Shown one piece after another: positions 1 through 8,218 of a DNA stretch of 64,000 nt. Each line of letters opens with the position of its first letter. Within the stretch, counting starts at the first letter, position 1. The translations under genes were made by a program, and so were the position numbers. Below the pieces are notes generated by a model. That model was given only the letters and a program-made list of their open reading frames with translations. It was not told where the DNA came from and searched no databases. Source of the stretch: an uncultured bacterium (GTDB lineage Bacteria; Verrucomicrobiota; Verrucomicrobiia; Limisphaerales; UBA8199). The stretch spans positions 320,001-384,000 of the forward strand of contig CAVVMW010000006.1 of assembly GCA_963749495.1 (NCBI GenBank). Reading direction: 5' to 3'.

Positions 1-1
1 G

Positions 2-442
2 GAGGTCTTCATCAAGGCCTACGACCGGTTCGGAGAGTTGCGCGACAGCCCGACGGTGGGCGGATGGCTCAAGAAAGTGGCCACCAACCTCTGCCTGAAC
101 CACCTGTCGCGCTACCGGGCCCGGTGGAGCTTCTTCTCCGAGATGCGCTCCGGCGGCGGTGAGGACGAGGAAAGAGAAGTCGAGTTTGCCGCCCCCGACA
201 ACCTCGAGGAGGAGGTTGCCCGCGACGATTGCCGGGAACTGGTCGAGGCGGCGCTCCAGTCCCTGCCGGCAGCCCAGCGCGTCCCCCTGGTGCTCTACCA
301 CCTCGAGGGCCTGCGCTACGAAGAAATCGCCGCCAAGCTCCAGGTCTCCCTGGGGAAGGTCAAGACGGACATCTTTCGCGGACGCGCCGCGTTGCGCAAG
401 AAACTGCAAAAGCAGTTGGCGGGAGGGGTTGGGGCGGCGTGA
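2..442 (+). CDS. ECF RNA polymerase sigma factor (5' end outside window)
   Basis: Frame open from position 2 (EVFIKAYDRFGELRDS). Region 2 motif GWLKKVATNLCLNH and region 4 motif LPAAQRVPLVLYHLEGLRYEEIAAKL...VKTDIFRGR. Confidence 0.9.
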   Translation, partial: EVFIKAYDRFGELRDSPTVGGWLKKVATNLCLNHLSRYRARWSFFSEMRSGGGEDEEREVEFAAPDNLEEEVARDDCRELVEAALQSLPAAQRVPLVLYHLEGLRYEEIAAKLQVSLGKVKTDIFRGRAALRKKLQKQLAGGVGAA

Positions 443-450
443 GGAACGCG

Positions 451-487
451 GAATGACGAATGACGAATGACGAATGACGAATGATGA
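451..487. repeat. (GAATGAC)n heptamer tandem array
   Basis: About 4-5 copies just after the sigma factor stop. Confidence 0.9.
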
Positions 488-527
488 AGCCGATAAACAG
501 ATTTCGCAACTGTCCAGGTGGGGACGC

Positions 528-641
528 GTGGGGCAGACCTCCGGTCTGCCGGTTGCAGGGGCCTCTGGCCCCGAGCCTCGCAACTGCAAGGGACACGGAG
601 CCGGAGGCTCCGTGAACCGGCAGACCAGAGGTCTGCCCCAC
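528..641. repeat. REP-like palindromic element (GTGGGGCAGACC...GGTCTGCCCCAC)
   Basis: ~27-bp inverted arms; near-identical reverse-complement copy at 56785-56898. Confidence 0.9.
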
Positions 642-664
642 ACCTGAACAGTTACCAGATTTCA

Positions 665-1135
665 ATGAACAGCGAGTACGAGAAAAGATTGGAAGCGGAG
701 ATTGACGCGGTGCTCGAGGGGTTGCCGGATCGGCCGGCGCCCCGAACGCTCTTGCCTCGAGTGATGGCCGCCATCGAAGCGCGCGCCGCCCTGCCGTGGT
801 ATCGCCAATCCTGGCAGACCTGGCCGGCGTCCATACGGGTCGTGTGCCTGGTGGTCTTGATCTCCGTGTTTGGCGGGATCTGCCTGGCGGGCTGGAAGCT
901 GCCGCAGGCAGACGCTTACGCCTCGACGGTGCGGGAGGTCGGCCGCTGGCTTTCGACGCTGGGCGCTGTGTGGGACTTGTTCAGCACGCTCCTGAATGCC
1001 GTGGTGCTCATGGTCAAACAACTGCCGGGACCGCTCATCACCGGGTGCGTGGTGGCCCTGGCGCTCGCCTACGCCCTGTGCATCGCCCTGGGCGCCGCCT
1101 GGATGCGCCTGGCCTTCCCGCGCCGCTCACCCTGA
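665..1135 (+). CDS. Putative membrane anti-sigma factor
   Basis: Follows ECF sigma. N-terminal LPDRPAPRTLLPRVMAAI motif then several hydrophobic helices; ATG at 665. Confidence 0.7.
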   Translation: MNSEYEKRLEAEIDAVLEGLPDRPAPRTLLPRVMAAIEARAALPWYRQSWQTWPASIRVVCLVVLISVFGGICLAGWKLPQADAYASTVREVGRWLSTLGAVWDLFSTLLNAVVLMVKQLPGPLITGCVVALALAYALCIALGAAWMRLAFPRRSP

Positions 1136-1164
1136 AACGTGAAACGTGAAACGTGAAACGTGAA
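1133..1164. repeat. (TGAAACG)n heptamer array overlapping the stop codon
   Basis: About 4 copies; same family at ~31929-31954. Confidence 0.85.
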
Positions 1165-1189
1165 TAGGCTCCAATGACCTTGGATTTTA

Positions 1190-3007
1190 TTGACTATGAA
1201 GAAAGCAGGACATTTAACACTAGCCCAACGTTCCAAGAAACCCACGAGGCGCTCCGTCCTGGCCCAGTCGCTCGCACTGGCCGCCCTGGTGGCATTCTGT
1301 CCGATGGCGCTGCCCGCCTGGCAAACCGGCGCCGGGCCCGGCGGAACAGCCTCCGCCTCGGCCCAGGCCGAGGCCCCGGACACCAACGCGCCCCCCGGCG
1401 CGCCGGCTGCCGCCGCGGGCAACCAGCCCCCTCGAACCGAAAAGCGAAAGCCCGCCCGCATTGACCGGCAGGCCATCGTCGTGACCGGCAGAGACGCCGA
1501 ACTCAAGGCCGATGAGTCGGCCGAGGTCATCGTCGTCCTCGGCGGGTCAGCCAAGGTCCACGGCAAGGTGCGCCAGTATGTGGTGGTGATTGGCGGCGAC
1601 ATCGAAGTGGACGGCGAGGTCGATGACAACGTTGTGGCCATTCTGGGCAGCGTCCGGATAGGGCAGGGGGCGGATTTGCGCCGGGACGTCCTCTCGGTGA
1701 TGGGATCGGTCAACGTCGAGCCCAAGGCCACGGTTGGCGGGGACGTGACGGTCGTGGGGGGCCAGTTGGACGTGGCGGAGGGGGCGGACGTCAAGGGGGA
1801 AAGGGTCGAGTTGGGCATGAACCTCGCATGGCTCAAGCAATGGATACGCCAGTGCCTGTTCAAGCTGCGTCCGCTCTCCCCGGAGGTGGGCTGGGTCTGG
1901 GTGGTGGCGGGGGCGTTCTTCCTGTTCTACCTGCTGGTTGCCGCCGCTCTGCCTCGGCCGGTGCGGGCCTGCGTGGAGGTGCTCAACGACCGCCCAGGCA
2001 CCACGATTGTGCTGGGCATTCTGGCCAAGCTGCTCGTCCCTATCCTCTTCATCATCCTGGTCGCCACGGGCGTCGGTTTGCTGATCGTGCCGTTTCTGGC
2101 CCTGGCCCTGTTCGTTGGCGTGCTGATCGGCAAGGTGGCGCTGCTGGAGTGGGTTGGATTGAGCATCGGACACCAATCCGGCGTGCGGTCGCTGCAGCGG
2201 CCCTTGCCCGCCTTCGTCATGGGCTCCATCATCCTGACCCTCTTCTACATGATCTGGGTGGTGGGCTTGCTCGCCTACATCGGTTTCGGTATCTGGGGAC
2301 TGGGCGTCGCCGTTACGGCCGTGATGGGCCATGTGCGCCGCAAGCGGGCGCCGGAGCCATCAGCCCCATCCCAGCCCGCAGCGCCGGAGCCGGCTCCTGC
2401 AACCGCAGCCATGGCTGCGGCAGCCGCCCCGGCCTGGACGTCGCCGGCCATGGCATCCGCTCCGGCCTGGGCGCCCACCTCACCGTCACCGGCGCCGGCG
2501 GCAGCCGCGCCGCCCGCGCCTGCATGGACGCCGGCGGCGTCCGAGGCGGCCCCCGCCCAGGCCGTTGAGCCTGAGCCGCCCCAAGCGCAGGCCATGCCGG
2601 CGCCCCCGGCAGCCCCGCCCGAGGCCCTCATCTACCCCAGGGCCGGCTTTTGGGACCGCATCGGCGCTGCATTTCTCGATATCGTGGTGGTCTCAGTTCT
2701 CGATCTGTTCATTCCCGGACCCTGGTGGTTGCTCTGGCTGATCGCCCTCGCCTATTTCGCCGGGATGTGGGCTTGGCGAGGGACGACCGTCGGCGGCACG
2801 GTAGTGGGTCTCAAGGTCGTGCGCCTGGATGGACGGCCGATGTCGTTTATGGTCGCCATGGTGCGCGGCCTTGGGGCTGCATTTTCGATCCTGGTGATGG
2901 GCCTGGGTTACCTGTGGATTGCCTGGGACGCGGAGAAACAAGGCTGGCATGACCGCATCGCCGGCACCGTCGTTGTGCGCCTGCCCCGCGGCACGCCGCT
3001 AGTGTGA
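1190..3007 (+). CDS. Membrane protein: bactofilin-like beta-helix repeats, TM helices, Pro/Ala linker, C-terminal RDD domain
   Basis: VVVIGGDIEVDGEV-type repeats; RDD motifs AGFWDRIGAAFLD and KQGWHDRIAGTVVV. Confidence 0.85.
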   Translation: MTMKKAGHLTLAQRSKKPTRRSVLAQSLALAALVAFCPMALPAWQTGAGPGGTASASAQAEAPDTNAPPGAPAAAAGNQPPRTEKRKPARIDRQAIVVTGRDAELKADESAEVIVVLGGSAKVHGKVRQYVVVIGGDIEVDGEVDDNVVAILGSVRIGQGADLRRDVLSVMGSVNVEPKATVGGDVTVVGGQLDVAEGADVKGERVELGMNLAWLKQWIRQCLFKLRPLSPEVGWVWVVAGAFFLFYLLVAAALPRPVRACVEVLNDRPGTTIVLGILAKLLVPILFIILVATGVGLLIVPFLALALFVGVLIGKVALLEWVGLSIGHQSGVRSLQRPLPAFVMGSIILTLFYMIWVVGLLAYIGFGIWGLGVAVTAVMGHVRRKRAPEPSAPSQPAAPEPAPATAAMAAAAAPAWTSPAMASAPAWAPTSPSPAPAAAAPPAPAWTPAASEAAPAQAVEPEPPQAQAMPAPPAAPPEALIYPRAGFWDRIGAAFLDIVVVSVLDLFIPGPWWLLWLIALAYFAGMWAWRGTTVGGTVVGLKVVRLDGRPMSFMVAMVRGLGAAFSILVMGLGYLWIAWDAEKQGWHDRIAGTVVVRLPRGTPLV

Positions 3008-3164
3008 GGGGAGGGGAAAGGGCCGAGGTGTCCGACCGGTCCGACCAGTCCGACGGGCTTTGCACAAAAAGCCTCCGTTTGACCTGACTTTTTGTGCAGG
3101 TGCCTATTCTGCACAAAAAGTTGATTTAGCAATCAGAGAGTGGTTCGACCAGGCTCATGGCTTT

Positions 3165-3638
3165 TCATTCTGATTCAATCGGTAGTGTCTTGATAAAACC
3201 GGCCAGTCTTTCCGCCTCGTTCTTGGTCAAGTCAGCAGGCAAATTGAAATCCACCTTGGTTTCCGGTCGGAGATGGAATGAATGAGTGAGCATCGCCTCT
3301 GAAACTTCTTCTGCCTCACCCGCCTCGATTTGCGGCGCTTCACCCGTAGCCGCACGTCCTGCGTTAATCATGCTGGCGCTCCACACAAAGCGCGAGGGCC
3401 ATCCCCTGCGCCCGGTGACAAAAGTGCCGCATTTCAACTCTGTCAACTTACGAAACAGGTCGATAATGTCGCCTCGTGTTAAATCCTGTTCTTCGTTCTG
3501 AAGAATGGCAAGGATGCGGTCAACTTTCGTCTCCGTCTGGTTATTCGTTCGCTTGGCGCAGTGGTCAAGGAATGCGCGTGCGCTCTTGTTGGAACCGTAA
3601 AGTTCCTTTAGCCCTTCGATGTTCAATTCATCACTCAT
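3165..3638 (-). CDS. Hypothetical protein, possible winged-helix DNA-binding (transposon cargo)
   Basis: 157-aa ORF; helical N-terminus followed by GTFVTGRRGWPSRFVW beta-wing-like segment; own promoter-like region upstream. Confidence 0.65.
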   Translation of the reverse strand: MSDELNIEGLKELYGSNKSARAFLDHCAKRTNNQTETKVDRILAILQNEEQDLTRGDIIDLFRKLTELKCGTFVTGRRGWPSRFVWSASMINAGRAATGEAPQIEAGEAEEVSEAMLTHSFHLRPETKVDFNLPADLTKNEAERLAGFIKTLPIESE

Positions 3639-3701
3639 AATGGCCTTTTGGTCTTTTAGGGTGCCATTTTAATCGTGGAGTCGAAAATGTAAACAAAAAT
3701 C

Positions 3702-3938
3702 TCAATCCGACTTCGGCCCTCTGACCCGGAAAACCGCCGAGCACTTCGGGCAGCCAATCGTGGCGCTGGCTTTAATCCAACCGGGAGCGCAGTTGAACTC
3801 GTGCCCGCACTTCGGGCATTTGACGACTGGGGTGCCTTCGTTTAGCGATTTTTCAGGGCTTTGAGACACTATTGGTGAACGGCAAAGGGGGTTTCTTCTC
3901 GTGTTCTGGCTGATTAGCCGCCGACAGAACAGCGGCAA
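3702..3938 (-). CDS. Small zinc-ribbon protein (start uncertain)
   Basis: Two CPKC pairs (CPKCGHEF...CPKCSAVF); the true start is probably downstream of 3853. Confidence 0.4.
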   Translation of the reverse strand: MPLFCRRLISQNTRRNPLCRSPIVSQSPEKSLNEGTPVVKCPKCGHEFNCAPGWIKASATIGCPKCSAVFRVRGPKSD

Positions 3939-4386
3939 TGGCTCCGACAGCCAAAAGAGTGGTTACACCAAGCTGAAAACCGTGGCTCCAATGCCTCAAC
4001 ACAGTACGATTCCTTTTGCTGACTTCTTCAATTTCTTTAAGGATTTCAGAAGGAAATGTTATGCCTGCCGCCTCCATCATACCGTCACGAAAAAAGAACG
4101 AAATCTTGTTGTCAAGGTGCTGCGCTCGCCACAGTCCGGAAAGCCACATCCAATGTAGTAAAATAATCATTGCCACGGCTACGACAATAACAATAACGGA
4201 GCATTCAGACCATTTAGACGGTGCAATTCCCTTCCCGGTCAGAACTGCGCCAATGAATGCTGCGAGTGCCGTCCAAAGGGCAAGGCAAAGCTTCCACTCA
4301 ACCTGTGCTCTCCACGCATACCTCTCCATTGCAGATTTTCGTAGCAGTTCCAGCGCCTCTAACCTGTTCTTGGCTTCGACGGTCAT
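3853..4386 (-). CDS. Hypothetical integral membrane protein, ~3 TM (cargo)
   Basis: 177-aa ORF with three hydrophobic segments. Confidence 0.7.
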   Translation of the reverse strand: MTVEAKNRLEALELLRKSAMERYAWRAQVEWKLCLALWTALAAFIGAVLTGKGIAPSKWSECSVIVIVVAVAMIILLHWMWLSGLWRAQHLDNKISFFFRDGMMEAAGITFPSEILKEIEEVSKRNRTVLRHWSHGFQLGVTTLLAVGAIAAVLSAANQPEHEKKPPLPFTNSVSKP

Positions 4387-4635
4387 ACGTTTTCAGGTTT
4401 TGGTCCAGTAGTTAAACGAAAGATTGAATTATGAAAAAAATTGACACGCAGGTCGAACCAGGAAAAAATGGCGATTGCATGAATTTGTTGCCGCTTTCTC
4501 AGCTTCAAGATGTTCAAAATAGGGCGCTGCTCTGTGCCGAAAAAGCGCGGCACCCGCTGTGGAAACGTGCGCTCATGGATTTGGCGTCCGCCGCCAGCCA
4601 TGTCCGAGGTCTTGAGGCTAGATGCACGGTCAAAG

Positions 4636-4974
4636 TTAATCAAACTGTTGGCAGCGCGGACACTTCCAATCGGTGCCCGCTGGACGGTCTGGATGACAAT
4701 CATTATCCAGAGGGTCATACTCGTGCCAATCGTGGCATTCCTGCTCAAAAGCAGCTTTCGGCGACGGAGCATAAGCGGCGCTGAAAAATTCATATTCTCG
4801 GATGTGCTTCTTGAGACGGTCGTTTAAGTCATTGTCTGAACGACCAACGTAGCGAATTACAAGCTCACCGTCATTGCGCATTGACCCAAGACGATAATTG
4901 CCGGGAGCAACGGTAGAAAACTCGGCATCTATGTTCTCCGCGTTGAGCGGGAAGGGGGCTTTGAAGATTGCCAT
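4636..4974 (-). CDS. Minimal GIY-YIG-like nuclease
   Basis: GNY...YVGRS..DLNDRLKKH...E pattern of the GIY-YIG fold; C-terminal CPRC. Confidence 0.65.
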   Translation of the reverse strand: MAIFKAPFPLNAENIDAEFSTVAPGNYRLGSMRNDGELVIRYVGRSDNDLNDRLKKHIREYEFFSAAYAPSPKAAFEQECHDWHEYDPLDNDCHPDRPAGTDWKCPRCQQFD

Positions 4975-5025
4975 ATATGGTCAGATTGTTCATAAACTGA
5001 TATTTGTAAACAAAATTCTCTCGGC

Positions 5026-6312
5026 TCAGTTCGCTGCGGCGAGCAGGCGCGGTTCGCCGGTTTCCGTTTCCACCGCTCGCGGTGCCCTATCCTCGGTGGA
5101 AAAATTAGGCCTGATGCCCAGTTCATAAATTGCGCTGATGAGGCAGCAGATGTTGTGGCAGAGCACTTTGCACAGCACTTCGTTTTTCATGGCGCTGTCG
5201 GTTTTGCTGCGCACATGGTCCCCGAACTTCGCCTTAATCATGCTCACGGTGCTCTCCACGTTCGACCGCTTGTGGTAGTGGGCCAGGAACTCGGCGCGTT
5301 TGAAGCTGAAAAAGTGATACATCTTTTCCCACAGACCGCCGCTTGTGCCCGTAGCTGAGACTTTGAACGCGATGAACGGAATCGCTCTGTGGCTGGCAAC
5401 CACCTTCGTATTGTTGACGCTGGAATAGCCCTTGTCGGCGCTCACCTCCGCCATTTCAAAATTCTTGCCGGTGGTTTCCACGAGTGACGGCAGGATTTTG
5501 GTGTCGCTGGCGTCCCGTTCGTGAATCTCAACCGCCGTCACCACGGTGGTCTTCACGCCGCACATCATGTGGCACTTCACCCAGTCATGCTCGTGGCGCA
5601 CCACACCATATTTTTGGTCAAACCAGCGCACGAAGCGGGAGGTCGTAAAACCGGTCGAGTCCACGGCGAAATCGGACTCGACCGCTTTCAGCGGCAGGCT
5701 GCTTTGGGTGATGAGGCCCGTCAGCACCGGCTCAAGCGCGGGATTTTCGAGGTAGTTGAAGATGCTGTTGTAGTGCGGCAGTTCCGAGATGCAGCCTTTC
5801 GCGTGGGCGTCTTTCAGGTCGCTGATGAACCGCCGACCGGAAAAGGTCGAGTAAATCTTGAACGTGACGGCGAAAACGGCATCAGACAGCAGGAGCCGGG
5901 GCCTGCCCTTAGTCTGCACCTGGTTTTGGATGCCGTCGCACAGGCCGCGCAGGAGGCTCTGGAATTGATGCTTTTCGTTGGTCTGCGCCTCATTATACGC
6001 TGGCCAGTCCTGCGGGTAGGTGGTCTTCTTCGTGGCCGTCAACGTGACGGTTTCGGTCACAGTCTCGGTGCCGTCGCCGTTTTGCTCGCGCTGGACCACG
6101 TATTCCGCAGCGAAGATGTGCTTGCATTTGCAGGCGCGGGTTTCGTGGTCCGGGCAGGTGCAGGTCGCTTTGTCCGGGTCGAGATGCACGGTGTATTTTC
6201 CGTTCCCGGACTGGGAGGGCACAATCCAGTCACCGTTCTTTTTGGTGATTTTTGAGAGGGCCGCGATAATCAAGCCTCGTTGCTGCCGTGGGTCGTTAGT
6301 GTTGTCTTTCAT
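5026..6312 (-). CDS. DDE transposase (IS4/IS5-type) with N-terminal SWIM zinc finger
   Basis: SWIM CTCPDHETRACKCKH; catalytic AVDSTG, SADKGY and YHKRSNVESTVSMIK, which matches the Y(2)R(3)E(6)K signature. Confidence 0.9.
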   Translation of the reverse strand: MKDNTNDPRQQRGLIIAALSKITKKNGDWIVPSQSGNGKYTVHLDPDKATCTCPDHETRACKCKHIFAAEYVVQREQNGDGTETVTETVTLTATKKTTYPQDWPAYNEAQTNEKHQFQSLLRGLCDGIQNQVQTKGRPRLLLSDAVFAVTFKIYSTFSGRRFISDLKDAHAKGCISELPHYNSIFNYLENPALEPVLTGLITQSSLPLKAVESDFAVDSTGFTTSRFVRWFDQKYGVVRHEHDWVKCHMMCGVKTTVVTAVEIHERDASDTKILPSLVETTGKNFEMAEVSADKGYSSVNNTKVVASHRAIPFIAFKVSATGTSGGLWEKMYHFFSFKRAEFLAHYHKRSNVESTVSMIKAKFGDHVRSKTDSAMKNEVLCKVLCHNICCLISAIYELGIRPNFSTEDRAPRAVETETGEPRLLAAAN

Positions 6313-6431
6313 ATATTACTATTGGGAATATACCATAGATAACATACAAGCCAACAAGAAAATTCCGGTATATTTCAAGTCGGCTCGCGCTATTGGCATC
6401 GCTTAGGCTATACTCTTTAGTAATATACCCA

Positions 6432-6460
6432 TTGACATACCCACCCTAAAGTTGTAAATT
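6432..6460 (+). promoter_or_regulatory. sigma70 promoter, probably leaderless transcript
   Basis: TTGACA(6432)-17 bp-TAAATT(6455); ATG 6 nt after the -10 with no Shine-Dalgarno. Confidence 0.65.
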
Positions 6461-6466
6461 TGCTTC

Positions 6467-6862
6467 ATGCCTAAAGTGCAGATATGGGGATTCCGGTGTG
6501 AACGGTGCGGCCATGAATGGGTGCCACGCGAAGGCGTCGAGCACCCGCAGGTATGCCCCAAGTGCAAAAGCCCTTACTGGGACAAGCCACGACGAGACGA
6601 AGTGAATCCAGAGCATCGTGTGACCTGTAGCCGGAAGGCTCACGAACTTGACCAAAAGACGGTTGAATACAGGCTGGTCAGAAATGACAAGCCGAAAGAC
6701 GGCTTTGGGTGGTTTTGGGCGAGTGACCTTGGAGACGGCACAATACAAATCGTGATAAAACCTGCCAATGGTGAGGCGGACGAAAAACTTGTGCAATCCG
6801 AAGCGGACTGCATCAGGACTCATCCAGGAAAATACCGCTTTAGCTGCTTTTCGCGTTCGTAA
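6467..6862 (+). CDS. Zinc-ribbon protein divergent from the transposase
   Basis: CERCGHEWVPR...CPKCKSPYW followed by an ~85-aa extension. Confidence 0.75.
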   Translation: MPKVQIWGFRCERCGHEWVPREGVEHPQVCPKCKSPYWDKPRRDEVNPEHRVTCSRKAHELDQKTVEYRLVRNDKPKDGFGWFWASDLGDGTIQIVIKPANGEADEKLVQSEADCIRTHPGKYRFSCFSRS

Positions 6863-7140
6863 CCGATGTAACCTGGCAGGAGATTGGCGTCGGGCGGCGG
6901 TTCGAGACGAGAATCGTAAAGCACTTTACCCGTTTCATCTTCAACGTGGGCAAAGCAGTCGTCCAGCGCGAGTCTGTCACCCGGCACCCCACCCGGCGAA
7001 TAGGCCCTGATGTATTTTTTGCCGTCGCGGTCCACTTCGCCCACGAAGAACATGCGTGAATCGCTCACGACAATTCCGATGCCGCAGCCCTTGGGGAGAG
7101 GATTTCCGAACCAGTCCAAAAGCCTTTTTGGTTCTGCCAT
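6820..7140 (-). CDS. Hypothetical protein (cargo)
   Basis: 106-aa ATG ORF with globular-looking composition; overlaps the convergent gene by 43 bp. Confidence 0.5.
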   Translation of the reverse strand: MAEPKRLLDWFGNPLPKGCGIGIVVSDSRMFFVGEVDRDGKKYIRAYSPGGVPGDRLALDDCFAHVEDETGKVLYDSRLEPPPDANLLPGYIGYEREKQLKRYFPG

Positions 7141-7199
7141 GCCATAAAGAACCGATTTCGTGCTGATTTTTGTCGTTGAGTTTTTTGTTTACACTCTTA

Positions 7200-7406
7200 G
7201 GCAGCACCGTTTGGCGAGGACGGGTTGAAGTCTTCGGCTTGAGCGGCCACCCCAAGCCCAAACGCTGCTATGCCTGGAGTCACCCCGAAGGGCCAGACAA
7301 CCAGGACGAGCGGTTTGTGCCCGTGCTCCAACTGCCCCCGATAAAAGACCCCCAATCGGCGGTTAAAGCGGCGATTGTGAACGACTTCCGGCAGGGGAAA
7401 CATTAA
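7200..7406 (+). pseudogene. Apparently 5'-truncated conserved hypothetical gene
   Basis: TVWRGRVEVF..HPKPKRCYAWSH...VLQLPPIKDPQSAVKAAI resembles a small family I recall; no convincing start. Confidence 0.45.
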
Positions 7407-7642
7407 GTGGATGCAGAACTGACGAAGCGCAAGATTTCTTCCCGTGGCACCCCGCATTGCTTGAGAACAATTGCCACATACCCTTGTGCAAAAGAGCGGT
7501 GCGTTGTCAGAATAACACGTTGCGTTCCGCCCTTTTTGCGGTATATTTCTGTTCGCAAGGTGCAACCAGCGAAAGTGTAATCCAGTTCTCGGAGCTTGTT
7601 AACTAAGCACGCCCTGGAAATCGTTTTGCATTCTGCGCTCAA
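7403..7642 (-). CDS. HicA-like toxin (atypical)
   Basis: ~73-79 aa with HicA-like helix-3 strands-helix pattern (LVNKLRELDY...IYRK..VIL...IVLKQCGVPREE); overlaps the HicB-like gene. Confidence 0.5.
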   Translation of the reverse strand: MSAECKTISRACLVNKLRELDYTFAGCTLRTEIYRKKGGTQRVILTTHRSFAQGYVAIVLKQCGVPREEILRFVSSAST

Positions 7643-7925
7643 TGTTGTAAGGAATGTCGAACTGAGGGCGTTCCGGTTTCTTGGGCATTTTGCCTTCCAC
7701 CGTCCATTTGTGCTCTCTGAGAAACATATCCAACTCCTCGCGCTTCAGTAAATCCGTGAATAACGCATTCAGAGATTCCTCGATAATCTCATGAAGCTCA
7801 GCCACGGTTTTCCCTTGGACCGATATGTTCAGCAGGTCACAGACGCCGACCCAGTAGCCAGACGCCCGGTCTTGGAATATAATCCAGAGAAGCTTAGCGT
7901 TTATTCTGACGACCTTCATCTGCAT
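7599..7925 (-). CDS. HicB-like antitoxin
   Basis: YWVGVCDLLNISVQGKTVAELHEIIEESL matches the HicB partial RNase H fold. Confidence 0.65.
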   Translation of the reverse strand: MQMKVVRINAKLLWIIFQDRASGYWVGVCDLLNISVQGKTVAELHEIIEESLNALFTDLLKREELDMFLREHKWTVEGKMPKKPERPQFDIPYNIERRMQNDFQGVLS

Positions 7926-8218
7926 TTCGAGTAGTTCTTTTGTTCACGTTTCACGGTTGCTACGACACTACACGCTCAAACCTTTCATCTCAAGCTAAAT
8001 TCCTGCATTCCACAGAATTTGACCGTTCCGACGTTCGCACCATTCATTTATTGCAAAGCAGGAAATGTGCCGCCAACGCCCTTCCCACCCCCTACCGGTG
8101 CAATATTTGCACAAAATTCAAATTAGAACACTACGGTCGAATGCCCGTTTTTGGGCAGAATCCTGACTTTTTGTGCAACCGGGCTTTTTTAGGCAAAGCC
8201 GGTCCGACGCGTCAGACT

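Larger units (their letters stand above)
3059..8179. mobile_element. Cargo-carrying transposon with SWIM-DDE transposase
   Basis: Terminal inverted TTGCACAAAAAG at 3060-3071 and 8167-8178. Flanking direct repeat CGGGC(TTT) at 3054 and 8180. Visibly lower GC; central transposase. Confidence 0.8.

Noticed and set aside
4383..4827. Overlapping ORFs 4431-4784, 4510-4827 and 4383-4793
   Set aside because: No motifs, and they overlap the better-supported GIY-YIG-like ORF; a short real gene in 4390-4630 cannot be excluded.
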